DNA from: Psammoneis japonica
Taxonomy: Eukaryota
Direction of reading: 5' to 3'
Length of the DNA stretch: 64,000 nt
Assembly: GCA_008632985.1 (NCBI GenBank)
Contig: QPGO01000057.1
Location: forward strand, 310,001-374,000
The notes under the pieces were generated by a model, which was given only the letters and a program-made list of their open reading frames with translations, ran no database searches and was not told the DNA's origin. The position numbers and the translations under genes are program-made. Each line of letters begins with the position of its first letter. The stretch's first letter is position 1. Of this stretch, positions 62,140 to 64,000 are shown piece after piece.

Positions 62140-63927
62140 TTAACGCACAGTTCCAACTCCTCCTGGGAAGTCTCCCAAAGCCATAATACCCTTAGAAGTC
62201 CTACGAGTTGGTGGGGCTCCAAATACATCCCAAAAACGCAATGTTTCATCCGCTGCAGCAGAGACGACACAGCCACCATCAGGGCTTGGCTCTGTGTGTA
62301 GTACACGTGATGTATGGCCTTTAAACTCTTGAAGCTTGGTCATCGTTGGGTATTTCCAAAGTATCAGTTGGTTTTCACTGAAACCATGGGACGAGCACAG
62401 CTCCTGCTGATGCCTCGACCACAAAAGAGAGCATACCTGAGATCCAGTATCGACCGAGTTCAGCATTGTACCATTGCTCGTGTTCCAGAACTTGATGCTC
62501 CGGTCAGCTGTGCCGCCCCCGCTGGCAAGTAACCCGCGACGGAATGGACACCAAGCAAGCGCTTTCACGGCAGCCTTGTGCTGCGTAAGAAGAATCCGAG
62601 GCGACACCTCGGAACTAGCAATACTGTGCCGAGCGCGACCTGACAAAGCGTCACGTCGTCCGGATATTACCGCGTCCCAGATACAAAGATAATTTTCGTT
62701 GCCACCACTGGCTAGCATCGTCCCTTCATCATTCCACTTCAGGCCGCATACCTCTTGCGTGTGCCCTTGGTATGTAGAAACAGCATGACCGGCGGATCGG
62801 ATGTCATGTTGAAGAATCAAAGAGTCTCTGCCTCCTGATGTAAGCCACTGGTTGTTCCACGCCAAACTGCTGACTCTATTGGAATGACCATCCAATGTTC
62901 GCACCTCTCGAATGGCTTGAGCGTCCCACAATTGAACAGCACTCGAGTTTGTTCCGACGGCAATGTACTTGGATTGACCATGCATGGTTGCCCATGATAC
63001 ACTTGTGACATAATCATTCGCTCCCCGCAAGGTAACCAAATGTTGAATGTCGCCTGTACCTGCATTCCACAGATAGACGCACTGCCCAAGCGCTACAGCA
63101 AGAATATTGTCTTTACTCCAGCTTAGCAGATTAATGTAGAAATCATCAACCAAATCGGGTGCGTCAAGAATTCTTGTTGGGGCACTTGGAATCTTACGAC
63201 GAGTTTTGTTTGCGGCAGATTCTAATCCACAGTCCAACGGATCTGAGTCACTTGAGAAAGCATTCCCGCCCTTGCATGATTTCGATGCAGATCGCTGCAA
63301 GACTCGTAGCTGATCGTGACAGTACGGATCCGACACAAGAGATGACGAGCTTCCTTCTCCTATTGAAGTGAAAGAGCCACTGTGAGTATTTCTATCCGAA
63401 AACGAAAGCATACGTGTGTCATTCTCTTGGTTGCGTGATATTTCATCGACTGGGATATCGAGTAGCGCCCCTTTCATCCGACGTCGAAACTCAGCTTGGA
63501 GGGCTGTCTCTGGGTCTGTTTGAGTCGGCGAAGATGAATTATTTTCACCCGAAAGTATTGAGTAATTAGGATATCTCTGTCTTTCCAGTGAAGATATGAC
63601 GCTGGTTCGGCAAAGGTCCATGTTCATGAGAGATCTGTTCGGGATGAATCGATCTGCTGAGGATCGAACGGTTGGCGTTGATCGTTTCCGAGGAGTAATG
63701 CTGGTGATGGTAGGTGAATGATATATGTTTGGTGCTTTTCTTCTCTTCCTACAAGAAGGCGTGTGTGGATCCCGTCTCATGAGGTGCTGAGGGCTGCTCC
63801 CTCTGACGGTGCCCGATCGTGGAAGAGACCTCATTAAACATGAACTTTTTCCCTGGTGCGTACTACTCCTTGGAGGTGTTTGAAGAAGAGTCCTCTTCGA
63901 GTGGTTGCGTGTTGGTGTTTTCATCAT
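62140..63927 (-). CDS. CDC20: APC/C activator CDC20/Fizzy (WD40)
   Basis: C-box DRFIPNR, ILDAPDLVDDFY, HTQEVCGLKW, AVKALAWCP and ADETLRFW. The frame is open to the window end; the first ATG is 63927. Confidence 0.95.
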   Translation of the reverse strand: MMKTPTRNHSKRTLLQTPPRSSTHQGKSSCLMRSLPRSGTVRGSSPQHLMRRDPHTPSCRKRRKAPNIYHSPTITSITPRKRSTPTVRSSADRFIPNRSLMNMDLCRTSVISSLERQRYPNYSILSGENNSSSPTQTDPETALQAEFRRRMKGALLDIPVDEISRNQENDTRMLSFSDRNTHSGSFTSIGEGSSSSLVSDPYCHDQLRVLQRSASKSCKGGNAFSSDSDPLDCGLESAANKTRRKIPSAPTRILDAPDLVDDFYINLLSWSKDNILAVALGQCVYLWNAGTGDIQHLVTLRGANDYVTSVSWATMHGQSKYIAVGTNSSAVQLWDAQAIREVRTLDGHSNRVSSLAWNNQWLTSGGRDSLILQHDIRSAGHAVSTYQGHTQEVCGLKWNDEGTMLASGGNENYLCIWDAVISGRRDALSGRARHSIASSEVSPRILLTQHKAAVKALAWCPFRRGLLASGGGTADRSIKFWNTSNGTMLNSVDTGSQVCSLLWSRHQQELCSSHGFSENQLILWKYPTMTKLQEFKGHTSRVLHTEPSPDGGCVVSAAADETLRFWDVFGAPPTRRTSKGIMALGDFPGGVGTVR

Positions 63928-64000
63928 GGCGGATTGATTTGAAAGGTTGATGGGACACCGGTAGGTATGTTGTGAGGGAAAAATGCTGCTCGCTGACAAA

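Overview
Eukaryotic nuclear DNA, most likely a diatom (short ~75-130 nt GT-AG introns, compact genes, signal peptide + ASAFAP-type plastid targeting on glutathione reductase). About 20 recognisable genes: FUT8-like glycosyltransferase, ABCF2, PAP2 phosphatase, 2H phosphodiesterase, AAA ATPase, MgtC, GST-HIT fusion, cysteine synthase, SLC25 carrier, cyclophilin-like, NAD synthetase, MDR oxidoreductase, glutathione reductase, RecG-DEDDh exonuclease fusion, thiamine pyrophosphokinase and CDC20. Many carry single-base frameshifts in short homopolymers that look like assembly errors. The most striking feature is six intergenic blocks (about 18 kb, roughly a quarter of the window) almost devoid of both TpA and CpG and flooded with CpA/TpG. 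Repeat copies inside them differ by CA<->TG swaps. A host gene at a block edge shows TAC->TGC and CGC->CAC changes. Surviving TA sites are mostly in YTAR context, and TA loss extends beyond CG loss. This points to a locus-targeted 'reverse-RIP'-like hypermutation (TpA->TpG/CpA) acting on repeat DNA, which I do not know to be described. Other candidates are a tandem covarying structured RNA near 30.0-30.2 kb, a RecG-exonuclease fusion and a TPP1/Est3-like OB protein. All counts were made by eye and no searches were run.
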